From an uncultured Enterobacteriaceae bacterium (GTDB taxonomy: Bacteria; Pseudomonadota; Gammaproteobacteria; Burkholderiales; SG8-39): 64,000 nucleotides of DNA. The position numbers and the translations under genes were made by a program. The stretch is from assembly GCA_964651335.1 (NCBI GenBank), contig CAZYVT010000005.1:7719-71718 (forward strand), given 5' to 3'. Every line of letters starts with the position of its first letter. Positions within the stretch are counted from its first letter, which is position 1. This document shows positions 9,488 to 18,561 of the stretch, piece after piece. The notes below the pieces were generated by a model that worked only from the letters and a program-made list of their open reading frames with translations, searched no databases and had not been told where the DNA came from.

Positions 9488-10882
9488 GTGCCAAAGCAGA
9501 TTCCCGGCAATGAACTCGACGCAGTTCTGAGCGCGGTGGCTCAATTTCGAGAGGGCGGTTCCATCGAGGAGATCAGGGGGGCGCTGCCGCTTGCCTTGCC
9601 GCATCGGACTTTGCAGCGTCGCCTGGCATGGCTCGTCGCAGAGAAGCGCTTGATCGCAGAGGGACGTGGCCGGGCGAGCCGCTATCGGTTGCCTGCAGCC
9701 ACGGCCGAATCGCACACTGTACTCCCGGCTATCAGAGCGGAAGGATACGGTGAGACCACCCTCCCGATTTCATCCGAAGCAGAGGTCATCAAACGGGCCG
9801 TGCGCGAGCCGATCCAGCGTCGCCGTCCGGTTGGCTACGACCGAACGTTTCCTGATGGCTATCGCCCCAACGAAACCTTCTACCTTCCAGCCGAAACCCG
9901 GCAACGTCTGCTTGAATCAGGACGCTCGCCCGACGGCGAGCAGCTTGCGGCCGGAACCTATGTGCGACAAATTTTCAGCCGGCTGATGATTGATCTGTCA
10001 TGGAACTCCAGCCGCCTGGAAGGCAATACCTACTCGCTGCTGGAAACGGAGCGTTTGCTGGAGTTGGGAGAGTCCGCCGAAGGCAAGGACGCCAAAGAAG
10101 CGCAAATGATCCTGAATCACAAAGCAGCGATTGAGTTGCTGGCCGATCAGGCGCCGGAGATGGGCTTCAATCGTTACACCATTCTCAATCTGCACGCTTT
10201 GCTGTCCGACAACCTGCTCGATCCGCAGGCATGCGGACGCCTGCGCAGTGTTCCGGTTGGAGTCGCAAAGACGGTCTATCACCCATTGGAAGTGCCGCAA
10301 CTGATCGAAGAATGTTTCCAGAAATTCCTCGATACCGCTACAGCGATTCAAGATCCATTCGAGCAGGCGTTTTTCGCCATGGTTCATCTGCCTTATTTGC
10401 AGCCGTTCGAGGACGTGAATAAGCGCGTCTCGCGTCTCGCGGCGAACTTGCCGCTCATGCGCCGGAATTTGTGTCCATTGTCGTTTGTGGATATTCCAGA
10501 ACGTGCCTATATGGACGGCATTCTCGGGGTGTACGAATTGAATCGCGTAGAGTTGCTGCGAGATGTATTCGTCTGGGCCTATGAGCGATCCTGTGCGCGC
10601 TATTCAGCGGTGCGCCGGTCATTGGGAGACCCGGACCCGTTCCGTCTGCATCATCGTGTGCTGGTCGCTGAAACCGTTGCCGCGGTCGTTCGCGGCGGTT
10701 TGGACAAGAAGGCTGCGACTGCTTTGATCAGACGGCGCGCCGCGGAGAATGTATCGCAGGAAAGTCGCGCACGTTTCGTCGAGGTGGTGGAAACGGAACT
10801 GATGAGCCTGCACGATGGCAACATTGCCCGCTATCGTTTGCGGCCATCCGAATATCAGGCATGGCGGAAAACATGGAGCTGA
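9488..10882 (+). CDS. Fic-domain protein with N-terminal HTH-like region
   Basis: SWNSSRLEGN, MILNHK, non-canonical Fic loop LQPFEDVNKRVSR; N-terminal RTLQRRLAWLV...GRGRASRY. Confidence 0.88.
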   Translation: MPKQIPGNELDAVLSAVAQFREGGSIEEIRGALPLALPHRTLQRRLAWLVAEKRLIAEGRGRASRYRLPAATAESHTVLPAIRAEGYGETTLPISSEAEVIKRAVREPIQRRRPVGYDRTFPDGYRPNETFYLPAETRQRLLESGRSPDGEQLAAGTYVRQIFSRLMIDLSWNSSRLEGNTYSLLETERLLELGESAEGKDAKEAQMILNHKAAIELLADQAPEMGFNRYTILNLHALLSDNLLDPQACGRLRSVPVGVAKTVYHPLEVPQLIEECFQKFLDTATAIQDPFEQAFFAMVHLPYLQPFEDVNKRVSRLAANLPLMRRNLCPLSFVDIPERAYMDGILGVYELNRVELLRDVFVWAYERSCARYSAVRRSLGDPDPFRLHHRVLVAETVAAVVRGGLDKKAATALIRRRAAENVSQESRARFVEVVETELMSLHDGNIARYRLRPSEYQAWRKTWS

Positions 10883-10892
10883 TGTAAACGAC

Positions 10893-11102
10893 ATGGCGGC
10901 CAAGCCCGGCGAACACAAGACCGTCCAGGCCCGCATCCTCGCCTACGCGCAGGCGATCGGGTGGCGCTATGTGCCGCGTGCGGAAGCGGAGGCCCGGCGC
11001 GGCTTTGATGCGGATGCCGCGATGCCGGAAGAGTGGGCGCGCAAGGTCACCGCCACAGTCGAGGCGCTATTCGAACTCCTGCAGAAGAGCTTTCGGTCAT
11101 GA
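10893..11102 (+). pseudogene. hsdR: Type I R-M HsdR remnant with large internal deletion (69 aa)
   Basis: MAAKPGEHKTVQARILAYAQAIGWRYVPRAEAEARRGFD (HsdR-like N-terminus) joined to a short tail; ATGA overlap with the ygjP-like gene. Confidence 0.75.
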
Positions 11103-11410
11103 GGGCCTGGCGGGACAAGGATGACTTCAAGGCCCGCGTGCTCGAGTGGGCTGAAAAGCTGGATGTGCGCGTGCACTCGCTGGCGGTCCGTCCGATGCGC
11201 AACAAGTGGGCCTCTTGCTCCAGCGCCGGATATCTGAACTTCAACGCAGAGTTGCTCGCGCTGGATCGCGAGATCGGCGATTACGTCATCGTCCACGAGC
11301 TATTGCATTTTTCCGTGCCGAATCACGGTAAGCTTTGGAAAAGCCTGATGCACGCCCACTTGGGAGACTATCTGCGCCTGGAGAAGAGGGTGCGCGCTTT
11401 TTCGCGGTGA
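11099..11410 (+). CDS. YgjP/DUF45-like zincin metal-dependent hydrolase (short)
   Basis: MRNKWASCS, YVIVHELLH, PNHGKLW; this family commonly follows hsdR. Confidence 0.85.
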   Translation: MRAWRDKDDFKARVLEWAEKLDVRVHSLAVRPMRNKWASCSSAGYLNFNAELLALDREIGDYVIVHELLHFSVPNHGKLWKSLMHAHLGDYLRLEKRVRAFSR

Positions 11411-11526
11411 TCGGCGCCACGCGCTCCGCACTCGCGCGGCGCGACCGCGACTGCCGGCGCGAGAATTCTGGAAGAAAACGATGCAGTGTATATTAGCCCT
11501 CGCTGTCAATGCCGGGGAGGCAGACC

Positions 11527-12114
11527 ATGGAATTCTGGATCGTACTGGGGATTATCGTAGCGCTCGTCATCTGGCCGGTCGCGATCTACAACGGGCTGGT
11601 GGCGCTGCGCAACCGCTTCAAGAACGGGTTCGCGCAGATCGACGTGCAGTTGAAGCGCCGCTACGACCTGATTCCCAACCTGGTGGAGACGGCGAAGGGC
11701 TATATCAAGCACGAGCGTGAGACGCTCGAGGCGGTGACCAAGGCGCGCGGCGCAGCGGTCACTGCGGCGGCGGCGGCGGCCGCGAAGCCGGGCGACCCGG
11801 CGGCGATGCAGGGGCTCGCGCAGGCCGAGGGCGTGCTGGGCGGCGCGCTCGGCCGGCTGCTGGCGGTCTTCGAGGCCTATCCGGACCTCAAGGCGAACCA
11901 GAACGTCATGCAGGTGCAGGAAGAGCTGACCAGCACCGAGAACAAGGTCGCCTTCGCCCGCCAGGCATTCAACGACTCGGTCATGGAGTACAACACCAAG
12001 CGCGAATCGTTCCCGGACATCATCTTCGCCGGAATGCTCGGCTTCAGCGCCGCCGAGCTGCTGCAGGCGACCGATTCTGCGGAAGAGCGCAAGGCGCCCG
12101 CCGTCAAGTTCTGA
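11527..12114 (+). CDS. lemA: LemA family protein
   Basis: QIDVQLKRRYDLIPNLVE, YPDLKAN, ENKVAFARQAFND. Confidence 0.95.
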   Translation: MEFWIVLGIIVALVIWPVAIYNGLVALRNRFKNGFAQIDVQLKRRYDLIPNLVETAKGYIKHERETLEAVTKARGAAVTAAAAAAAKPGDPAAMQGLAQAEGVLGGALGRLLAVFEAYPDLKANQNVMQVQEELTSTENKVAFARQAFNDSVMEYNTKRESFPDIIFAGMLGFSAAELLQATDSAEERKAPAVKF

Positions 12115-12120
12115 AATCGC

Positions 12121-14142
12121 GTGGCCGTGGCCACGTTCTTCGAGCATCAGCAGCTCGCCCGGCGCAACACCCGGGTGATGGTGCTGCTGTTCCTGCTCGC
12201 CGTCGCCGGCGTCGTGATCGCGGTGGACCTGGTGCTCGCGGGGGTGTGGATCTGGGGCATCTCCGAGTTCAGCGCGCCGTACGATGCTGCCGGCAAGGCA
12301 CCCGGCCTGTTCGCCATGATCAAGGCCGTGCCGGGCGCCGTGTACCTGTGGGGCGCAGCGGCGACCGCGGCGATCATCTTCATCGTCAGCCTCGTCAGCG
12401 TCGGGAAGCTTGCCGACGGCGGTGCCGCGGTGGCGCAAATGATCGGTGCGCGGAGCGTCCCGCCCGAGACGCACGATCCTCTGGAGCGGCGCCTCCGCAA
12501 CGTGGTCGAGGAGATGGCGATCGCATCCGGAGTGCGCGTGCCCGGCGTCTACATCATGGACGGCGAGCGCGGAATCAATGCCTTTGCCGCCGGCTGGAAC
12601 GTATCGAACTCGGTGGTCGCGGTCACGCGCGGCACGCTCGAGACGCTGACGCGCGACGAGCTGCAGGGCGTGATCGGGCACGAGTTCAGCCACGTCCTGA
12701 ACGGCGACATGCGGCTCAACATCCGCATGATCGGCGTGCTCGCCGGGATCGTGTTCATCGGCTCGATCGGCACCTTCATCCTGCGCAGCGTGCGGGAGAG
12801 CCGCGACAGCAAGAACGTGGGCGGCATTTTCGCGGTTGGGCTGGCGCTCTTCATCATCGGTTACGTGGGGCTGTTTTTCGCGCGGCTGATCAAGGCGGCA
12901 GTGTCGCGGCAGCGCGAGTTCCTCGCCGACGCCTCGAGCGTGCAGTTCACGCGCAACCCGGACGGCATCGCCGGCGCGCTCGACCAGATCCGCAGCTCGA
13001 CCGCGCTGATCACGAGCCGCTATGCGGAAGAGATGTCGCACATGTTCTTCGGCCAGAGCATCAAGGTGTGGCTGGGCGGATTGTTCGATACGCATCCGCC
13101 ACTCGACGAGCGCATCCGGCGGGTCCGTCCGGGATTCCAGCCTTCTTCCTACCGAAAACGGCGCTCGGCCGAGGCGCCACCGTCTGCCGCGGGCGGCGAG
13201 GAAGCGTTCGGTCGCGCCGCGGGCTTTGCGGGCGGGGACACGGGCGCGGTGCCGGTGGCAGGCAGGCGTGGCAGCGATGCAGGCACGGCGTGGGGACGCT
13301 CGGCGGGAGAAAGCGCCCAGCTCGTCGGCTCGGTGCACGGCGCGAAGATCGACTACGCCGCCCGCCTGCTCGCGTCGCTGCCCGAGGGATTGCGCGAGGA
13401 GCTGCGCAATGCGGACGGCGCGCGCGCCGCGATGATCGCGCTGCTGCTGGCGCGCAACGACGACGTGATGCAGCAGCAGATCGAAGCGCTCGCCTCGGCA
13501 GGACTCGCCGCGCTCGGCGAGCGCGCACGCGCAATGGCGCCGCTCACGCGGGGACTCGGGCCGGCATTTCATCTGGCGCTGGTCGATCTGGGATTGCCCG
13601 CCGTCAAGGCGTCATCCGACGAGATGAAGCGGGATCTGGTCAAGGCGCTCGAGACGTTGATCAGCGCCGACCGGCGGGTGTCCCTCCACAGATTTGTCAT
13701 CCTGATGCTGGTGCGCCACCAGCTGACTGCCAAGCCGGGCGCCGGGGCGATCACGAGCAAGAAGGTCGCGGACCTCAAGGCCGAGGTGCTCGCCGTACTC
13801 TCGCTGGTCGCGCACGCAGGTGTTCGTGCCGATGCCAGCGGCGAACGTCAACAGGAGCTGGAGAACGCGCTGCGTGCCGGGATGAAGGAACTGGGTCTTG
13901 CCCAGGTTGCCGAGGCGTCCGGGGACCTGAACCTCGAGACCGCGGCGAAGGCGCTCGAGGCGCTCAAGAACCTCGCGCCGCTGCAGAAGGCGATTGTGGT
14001 GAAGGGGTTGTTCGCCGCGGCCACCGCCGACGGCGCCATCCGGCTTGCGGAAGCCGAGCTGATGCGCCTGGTCGGCGCGGTGCTTGACTGCCCGCTGCCG
14101 CCGCTGCTCGAGACGATCGATCCCGCCACACTGGTTGCGTGA
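12121..14142 (+). CDS. Membrane M48 (HtpX-like) metalloprotease with C-terminal extension
   Basis: INAFAAG, GHEFSH, REFLADA, THPP; typical LemA partner. Confidence 0.9.
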   Translation: MAVATFFEHQQLARRNTRVMVLLFLLAVAGVVIAVDLVLAGVWIWGISEFSAPYDAAGKAPGLFAMIKAVPGAVYLWGAAATAAIIFIVSLVSVGKLADGGAAVAQMIGARSVPPETHDPLERRLRNVVEEMAIASGVRVPGVYIMDGERGINAFAAGWNVSNSVVAVTRGTLETLTRDELQGVIGHEFSHVLNGDMRLNIRMIGVLAGIVFIGSIGTFILRSVRESRDSKNVGGIFAVGLALFIIGYVGLFFARLIKAAVSRQREFLADASSVQFTRNPDGIAGALDQIRSSTALITSRYAEEMSHMFFGQSIKVWLGGLFDTHPPLDERIRRVRPGFQPSSYRKRRSAEAPPSAAGGEEAFGRAAGFAGGDTGAVPVAGRRGSDAGTAWGRSAGESAQLVGSVHGAKIDYAARLLASLPEGLREELRNADGARAAMIALLLARNDDVMQQQIEALASAGLAALGERARAMAPLTRGLGPAFHLALVDLGLPAVKASSDEMKRDLVKALETLISADRRVSLHRFVILMLVRHQLTAKPGAGAITSKKVADLKAEVLAVLSLVAHAGVRADASGERQQELENALRAGMKELGLAQVAEASGDLNLETAAKALEALKNLAPLQKAIVVKGLFAAATADGAIRLAEAELMRLVGAVLDCPLPPLLETIDPATLVA

Positions 14143-14170
14143 TGCCTGCGGCGGCCTGCGGTTCGCTCAC

Positions 14171-14199
14171 TTGACAGGCGCAAGCGTTGTTCCGAAAAT
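14171..14199 (+). promoter_or_regulatory. Sigma70-like promoter
   Basis: TTGACA-17 nt-GAAAAT; GGAGG RBS before ATG 14251. Confidence 0.65.
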
Positions 14200-14250
14200 G
14201 TCCGCACGGTGGGCTGGTCCCGGTCCGCCATCAGAAGAGGGAGGACAATC

Positions 14251-15096
14251 ATGGCGACATTCAGGTTGCTGGCGGTTGCGGCGTTTGCGGCGCTGTGCGC
14301 CGTTCCGGCGGCGGCGCAACAACTGTACGTATTTACCTCCGGCTCGCTCGGCGGGTTTCCAAAGGCGGCACTGCAGATCGGCGGTCAGGGCACGATCGAC
14401 TGGGCGCCGGTGAGTTTCTACGTGATCAAGCACCCGAAGGGCAACGTGATTTTCGACACCGGCAACAACGACAAGACGATTGCGGATCCCGATGGCTGGT
14501 GGGGCCCGCTCGCCAAGGGCTTCGGGCTGAAGATGACCAAGGACGACGCGATGGCCGCGCAACTGGCCAAGATCGGCCTGACCACCGGCGACATCAAGTA
14601 CGTGGTCGTCGGGCACATGCACCTCGACCATGGCGGCAACGTATCGCAGTTCCCCAACGCGACGCTGGTGGTGCAGGACGACGAGATGAAGGCCGCCTGG
14701 TGGCCCGATGTCGGCTACTCGGTGTACTACATCCCGGGCGATTTCGCCGACACCAAGAAGTACAACGTGCTGCGGCTGAGCGGCGATCTGGACCTGTTCG
14801 GCGACGGCAGCTTCCGCGTCATCCGCGGGCGCGGCCACACCCCCGGCAGCCAGTTCGCGGTCGCGCGCCTGCGCAACACCGGTTCGGTGATCCTGACGAG
14901 CGACACGGTCTACCTCAAGGAAAGCCTCGACAAGAACCTGCTCCCGCCGATCCCCGGCGTCACGCATCCGGTGGACGCCTATGCCACCTATGCGAGGATC
15001 CGGCAGATCCGCGACACCGAGAACGCCACCATCCTCTACGGGCACGACCCGGAGGTCTTCAAGGCGACCAAGAAGGCGCCCGCGTACTACGATTGA
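14251..15096 (+). CDS. N-acyl-homoserine lactonase family MBL-fold hydrolase, exported
   Basis: FDTG, HMHLDH, GHTPG, SDTVY, GHD; Sec signal MATFRLLAVAAFAALCAVPAAA. Confidence 0.88.
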   Translation: MATFRLLAVAAFAALCAVPAAAQQLYVFTSGSLGGFPKAALQIGGQGTIDWAPVSFYVIKHPKGNVIFDTGNNDKTIADPDGWWGPLAKGFGLKMTKDDAMAAQLAKIGLTTGDIKYVVVGHMHLDHGGNVSQFPNATLVVQDDEMKAAWWPDVGYSVYYIPGDFADTKKYNVLRLSGDLDLFGDGSFRVIRGRGHTPGSQFAVARLRNTGSVILTSDTVYLKESLDKNLLPPIPGVTHPVDAYATYARIRQIRDTENATILYGHDPEVFKATKKAPAYYD

Positions 15097-15114
15097 TCGC
15101 AACCCGGCATCCGG

Positions 15115-15144
15115 ACGGCCCGGGCGACCGGGCCGTTTTGTTTT
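15115..15144 (+). terminator. Intrinsic terminator-like hairpin
   Basis: ACGGCCCGG-GCGA-CCGGGCCGT followed by TTTGTTTT. Confidence 0.75.
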
Positions 15145-15165
15145 GGTGCGCCAGAAGGGCATGAA

Positions 15166-15873
15166 ATGAGCGCGGTCCCGCCTGCGATCGTCGCGCGCGG
15201 CGTCACCAAGCGCTACGGGCCGGTCGTCGCGCTGGAGGATTTCTCGCTCGAGATCCGCAAGGGCGAGGTGTTCTGTTTGCTCGGCCCGAACGGCTCTGGC
15301 AAGACCACGTTCCTGCGCGCGCTCACGGGCTACCTGCTGCCCAGCGCGGGTTCGCTCGAGGTGGCCGGCTGCGACGCGGTGCGCGATCCGATGGCCGCGC
15401 GGCGGAAAATCGGCTACGTGCCCGAGTCGGTGCCGCTCTACCGGCACATGCGCGTGGGGGAGTTCCTCGTGTTCATGGCGCGGCTGCGCGGCGTGCCCGA
15501 GCGCAAGGTCGAGGGCGCGGTGCATCGCGTCGCCGGGCAGCTTTCGATTGCCGACCGCTTGCGCTCGCCGATTCCGGCGCTCTCGCGCGGTTACCGGCAG
15601 CGCGTCGCGCTCGCGCAGGCGCTGGTGCACGATCCCGAAGTGCTGATCCTGGACGAACCGACCAACGGCCTGGATCCGCGCCAGATCATCGAGACGCGCA
15701 ACCTGATCCGCGGCCTCGCCGGGCGGCACACCGTGCTGATGAGCTCGCACATCCTTGCCGAGGTGGAGAAGACCGCCGACCGGGTGGCGGTGCTGCTGGG
15801 CGGAAGATTGCGCGGCCTGCGCGCGATCGCCGAGACCCCGAATCTCGAGAGCTGGTTCCTCTCGCTCGCATGA
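15166..15873 (+). CDS. ABC ATPase, GldA/CcmA-like
   Basis: GPNGSGKTT, LSRGYRQRV, ILDEPTNGLDP, SSH. Confidence 0.92.
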   Translation: MSAVPPAIVARGVTKRYGPVVALEDFSLEIRKGEVFCLLGPNGSGKTTFLRALTGYLLPSAGSLEVAGCDAVRDPMAARRKIGYVPESVPLYRHMRVGEFLVFMARLRGVPERKVEGAVHRVAGQLSIADRLRSPIPALSRGYRQRVALAQALVHDPEVLILDEPTNGLDPRQIIETRNLIRGLAGRHTVLMSSHILAEVEKTADRVAVLLGGRLRGLRAIAETPNLESWFLSLA

Positions 15874-16571
15874 GCCCGCTCGCGGTGCTGACGAGGAAGG
15901 AGTTGCACGCGACGTTCACCTCGCCGATCGGCTACACCGTGTCCGCGGTGTTCCTGCTGGTGCTCGGTTACACCTTCAGCCTGACGCTGTTCGCCACCAA
16001 GGTCGCGAACCTGACCTACATCTTCCACCAGATGTACGTGCTGTCGATCCTGCTGGTGCCGGTGCTCACCATGCGCGCGTTCGCAGAGGAGCGCCGCAGC
16101 GACACGCTTGAGCTGCTGCTCACCGCGCCGGTGGCCGAGTTGTGGATCGTGCTTGGGAAGTTCCTCGCGGCGTACGCGCTGGTGCTCGGCATGTACGCGC
16201 TGTCGGCGGTGTACGCGGCGATCCTCGGCGCGTACGGCGAGCCGGACTGGGGGCCGATCTTCAGCGGCTACCTGGCGCTCGCGCTGCTTGCCGCGGCGCT
16301 CGTCGCCGTCGGGCTGCTGATGTCGAGCCTCACCGAGAACCAGGTTGTGGCAGCAGCCGCCTCGATCGGCGTGTTCCTCATGCTGTGGTTTGCCGACGCG
16401 GTCGCGGCGATGCTTCCGGAAACGCTGCAGGCGTTCGCCGTCAACCTGTCGCTGATTGGGCATTTCCGGCCGATCGCGACTGGCGCCCTGTTCCTCTCCG
16501 ACGCCGGATACTTTGTGACGCTCGCGCTCGTGGCGCTATTTCTTGCCACGCGACGGTTGGCCGAGCGATGA
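15870..16571 (+). CDS. ABC-2 permease, GldF-like
   Basis: About 6 TM; LTMRAFAEERRSDTLELLLTAP, IVLGKF, SSLTENQVVA. Confidence 0.9.
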   Translation: MSPLAVLTRKELHATFTSPIGYTVSAVFLLVLGYTFSLTLFATKVANLTYIFHQMYVLSILLVPVLTMRAFAEERRSDTLELLLTAPVAELWIVLGKFLAAYALVLGMYALSAVYAAILGAYGEPDWGPIFSGYLALALLAAALVAVGLLMSSLTENQVVAAAASIGVFLMLWFADAVAAMLPETLQAFAVNLSLIGHFRPIATGALFLSDAGYFVTLALVALFLATRRLAER

Positions 16572-18046
16572 GCGAAGTCTGGGGCGCGCTCTGGTTTGCC
16601 GGTGTCCTCGCCGCGCTCGCCGTGCTGTTTGCAGCCGGGCTTGCGGTCGCCGTGCCCGCTTCGCGTGCGAGGCGCTTGCTGGTGCAGGCTGCGCTCGCTT
16701 GCGCTGCGCTTGGCGCCACGATCGCCTCCAACGTCGCGCTCTACAAGCACGATGCGTACTTCGATCTGACGCGGGAGAAGAGCTTCACGCCGGCGACCGA
16801 GACGCTGCGCGTAGTGCGCAGCCTCGAGCGCGACGTCGAGCTGACGTACTTCTATCAGAACCAGAGCCCTGCCGGACGGGCGGCGAAGGCAATGGTCGAG
16901 GTGATGGGCCGCGCGAACCCGCGTCTCAAGGTCCGCACCGTGGATCCCGACCAGAACCCGGGGCTTGCGAACCGGCTCGGCGTCAAGCTGTATAACGCCG
17001 CGCTGCTCGCCGCGGGCGGCGAGCGCGTCGAGGTCGTGACGACCGACGACCGCGACATCGCCCTCGGCATCCTGCGGCTGCTCCGCACCGACCGGCGCCC
17101 GGTCTGCTTCCTCGCGGGGCATGGCGAGTACGACATCGACAACTTCGAGTTCCACACCCATTTCGAGGGTCAGCACGCGCACAGCCACGACGTGCAAGGC
17201 ATGGCGGTAGTGCAGGTGGAACAGCATGGCTTCGGCCGCCTGCGGCGCGCGCTCGAAAAACTCGGCTACAGCGTGCGCAAACTGACGCTTGCGACGCAGG
17301 GCGCCGTGCCCGAGGACTGCGCGGTGCTGGTCGAAGCCAATCCGCGCACCCGCCATACCGCGCCCGAAGTCGCGGCGATCGGCGCGCATCTCGCGCGCGG
17401 CGGCAGCCTGCTGCTGCTGATCGAGCCGGATTTCGACCTGGAGCCGGCATTCGCGGCGCTGCTCCAGCGCGCGGGCGTGCGGGTCGGCGAGGGCGTGATC
17501 GTAGACCCGGCGAGCCATTACTACACCGACGAACAGATGATCGCGGTCGTCGCCTACGCGCGCCACCCGGCGACAGTCGGGCTCGCGCTCTCGTTCTTTC
17601 CCGGCGCACGGCCGGTGGAGGCGATCGCGGCCCCGGGCGTGAAGGCGAGCGCGCTCTTTTCGAGCAGCGCCTCGAGCACCCTCGCGAGAGCTGCGCGCGG
17701 CGCCGAGAACGCACCACCGGTTGCGCGCGCGCTCGCCGTGGTCGCCGAGGGGAGGCTCGACGCCCGCGCCGACGCGAAACCGTTTCGGCTCGCAGTGGTG
17801 GGCGACGCCGATTTCGCGAGCAATTCCTTCTTTCCGTACCTTGCAAACGCGGATCTGCTTCTGAATCTGCTCGCCTGGCTGCGCGGCGAGGAGCGAGGAC
17901 CGGCGATGAAACCGCCGGTCGAGGTGTTGCCGACGGTGGCGCTTACGAACGCGCAGATGCGCGGCATCTTCATCGTGTGCGTGTTCGGCCTGCCCGGGAT
18001 CGTGGCGCTGATCGGCGTCATCGTATGGTGGCGCCGGCGGTACTGA
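16568..18046 (+). CDS. GldG-like ABC auxiliary component with His-rich insert
   Basis: FDLTREKSFT, VDPDQNP, FLAGHGE, VGDADF, ANADLLLNLLAWL, C-terminal TM plus WWRRR; insert HTHFEGQHAHSH; start ATG 16568. Confidence 0.85.
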   Translation: MSEVWGALWFAGVLAALAVLFAAGLAVAVPASRARRLLVQAALACAALGATIASNVALYKHDAYFDLTREKSFTPATETLRVVRSLERDVELTYFYQNQSPAGRAAKAMVEVMGRANPRLKVRTVDPDQNPGLANRLGVKLYNAALLAAGGERVEVVTTDDRDIALGILRLLRTDRRPVCFLAGHGEYDIDNFEFHTHFEGQHAHSHDVQGMAVVQVEQHGFGRLRRALEKLGYSVRKLTLATQGAVPEDCAVLVEANPRTRHTAPEVAAIGAHLARGGSLLLLIEPDFDLEPAFAALLQRAGVRVGEGVIVDPASHYYTDEQMIAVVAYARHPATVGLALSFFPGARPVEAIAAPGVKASALFSSSASSTLARAARGAENAPPVARALAVVAEGRLDARADAKPFRLAVVGDADFASNSFFPYLANADLLLNLLAWLRGEERGPAMKPPVEVLPTVALTNAQMRGIFIVCVFGLPGIVALIGVIVWWRRRY

Positions 18047-18561
18047 GGCGGCGCGCTCTCGCAGCGGCAGCCGTCGCTGCGGCTGCAATTCTTGTGGGCC
18101 TCGCGCTGCACGGCGAGCGCAGGCAGAGCCCGCTCGGCCGCTTCGAGGCCGCCGGCCTGATGGCGCATGTTGCACCCGCGACCGTGTCCGAAGTCGAGGT
18201 CACGGCGGGCGGGCGCCGCCGCCGTTTCGTGCGCGATGGCGCGGTCTGGCGCGCGGCGGAGCCGGCCGCCGCGATTTCGGCGGACGCTGGCGCGCGCATT
18301 GAAACAGGCCTCAGGCTGCTTCACGTCTCGCCGCCCGAACGCGTGCTGACCGGAGAAGAACTGGCCGCGCAGGGTTCCTTCGGACTCGACTCACCGGCGC
18401 TGCGCGTGGCAGTGAAGGGCACCGTCGCCTTCGCGGTCGCGTTCGGCGCGGCAAACCCGATCGGGCTTGCGCGCTATGCGAGAGTGGAGGGCGGTGCCGG
18501 GATCGCACTCATACCCGGCTACGTGGCGCAGGCGTGGGAAGAGGTGATCGCAGTCCGATGA
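18025..18561 (+). CDS. DUF4340-like membrane-anchored protein
   Basis: N-terminal TM, FGLDSP, FGAANPIG..RYARV; position after gldG. Confidence 0.65.
   Translation: MVAPAVLRRRALAAAAVAAAAILVGLALHGERRQSPLGRFEAAGLMAHVAPATVSEVEVTAGGRRRRFVRDGAVWRAAEPAAAISADAGARIETGLRLLHVSPPERVLTGEELAAQGSFGLDSPALRVAVKGTVAFAVAFGAANPIGLARYARVEGGAGIALIPGYVAQAWEEVIAVR

Noticed and set aside
14251..15096. Definite quorum-quenching (aiiA) assignment
   Set aside because: The family includes many non-AHL lactonases; substrate cannot be read from sequence
15166..18046. Gliding motility function for the GldA/F/G-like genes
   Set aside because: No other gld/T9SS genes in the window; the family name does not imply function here
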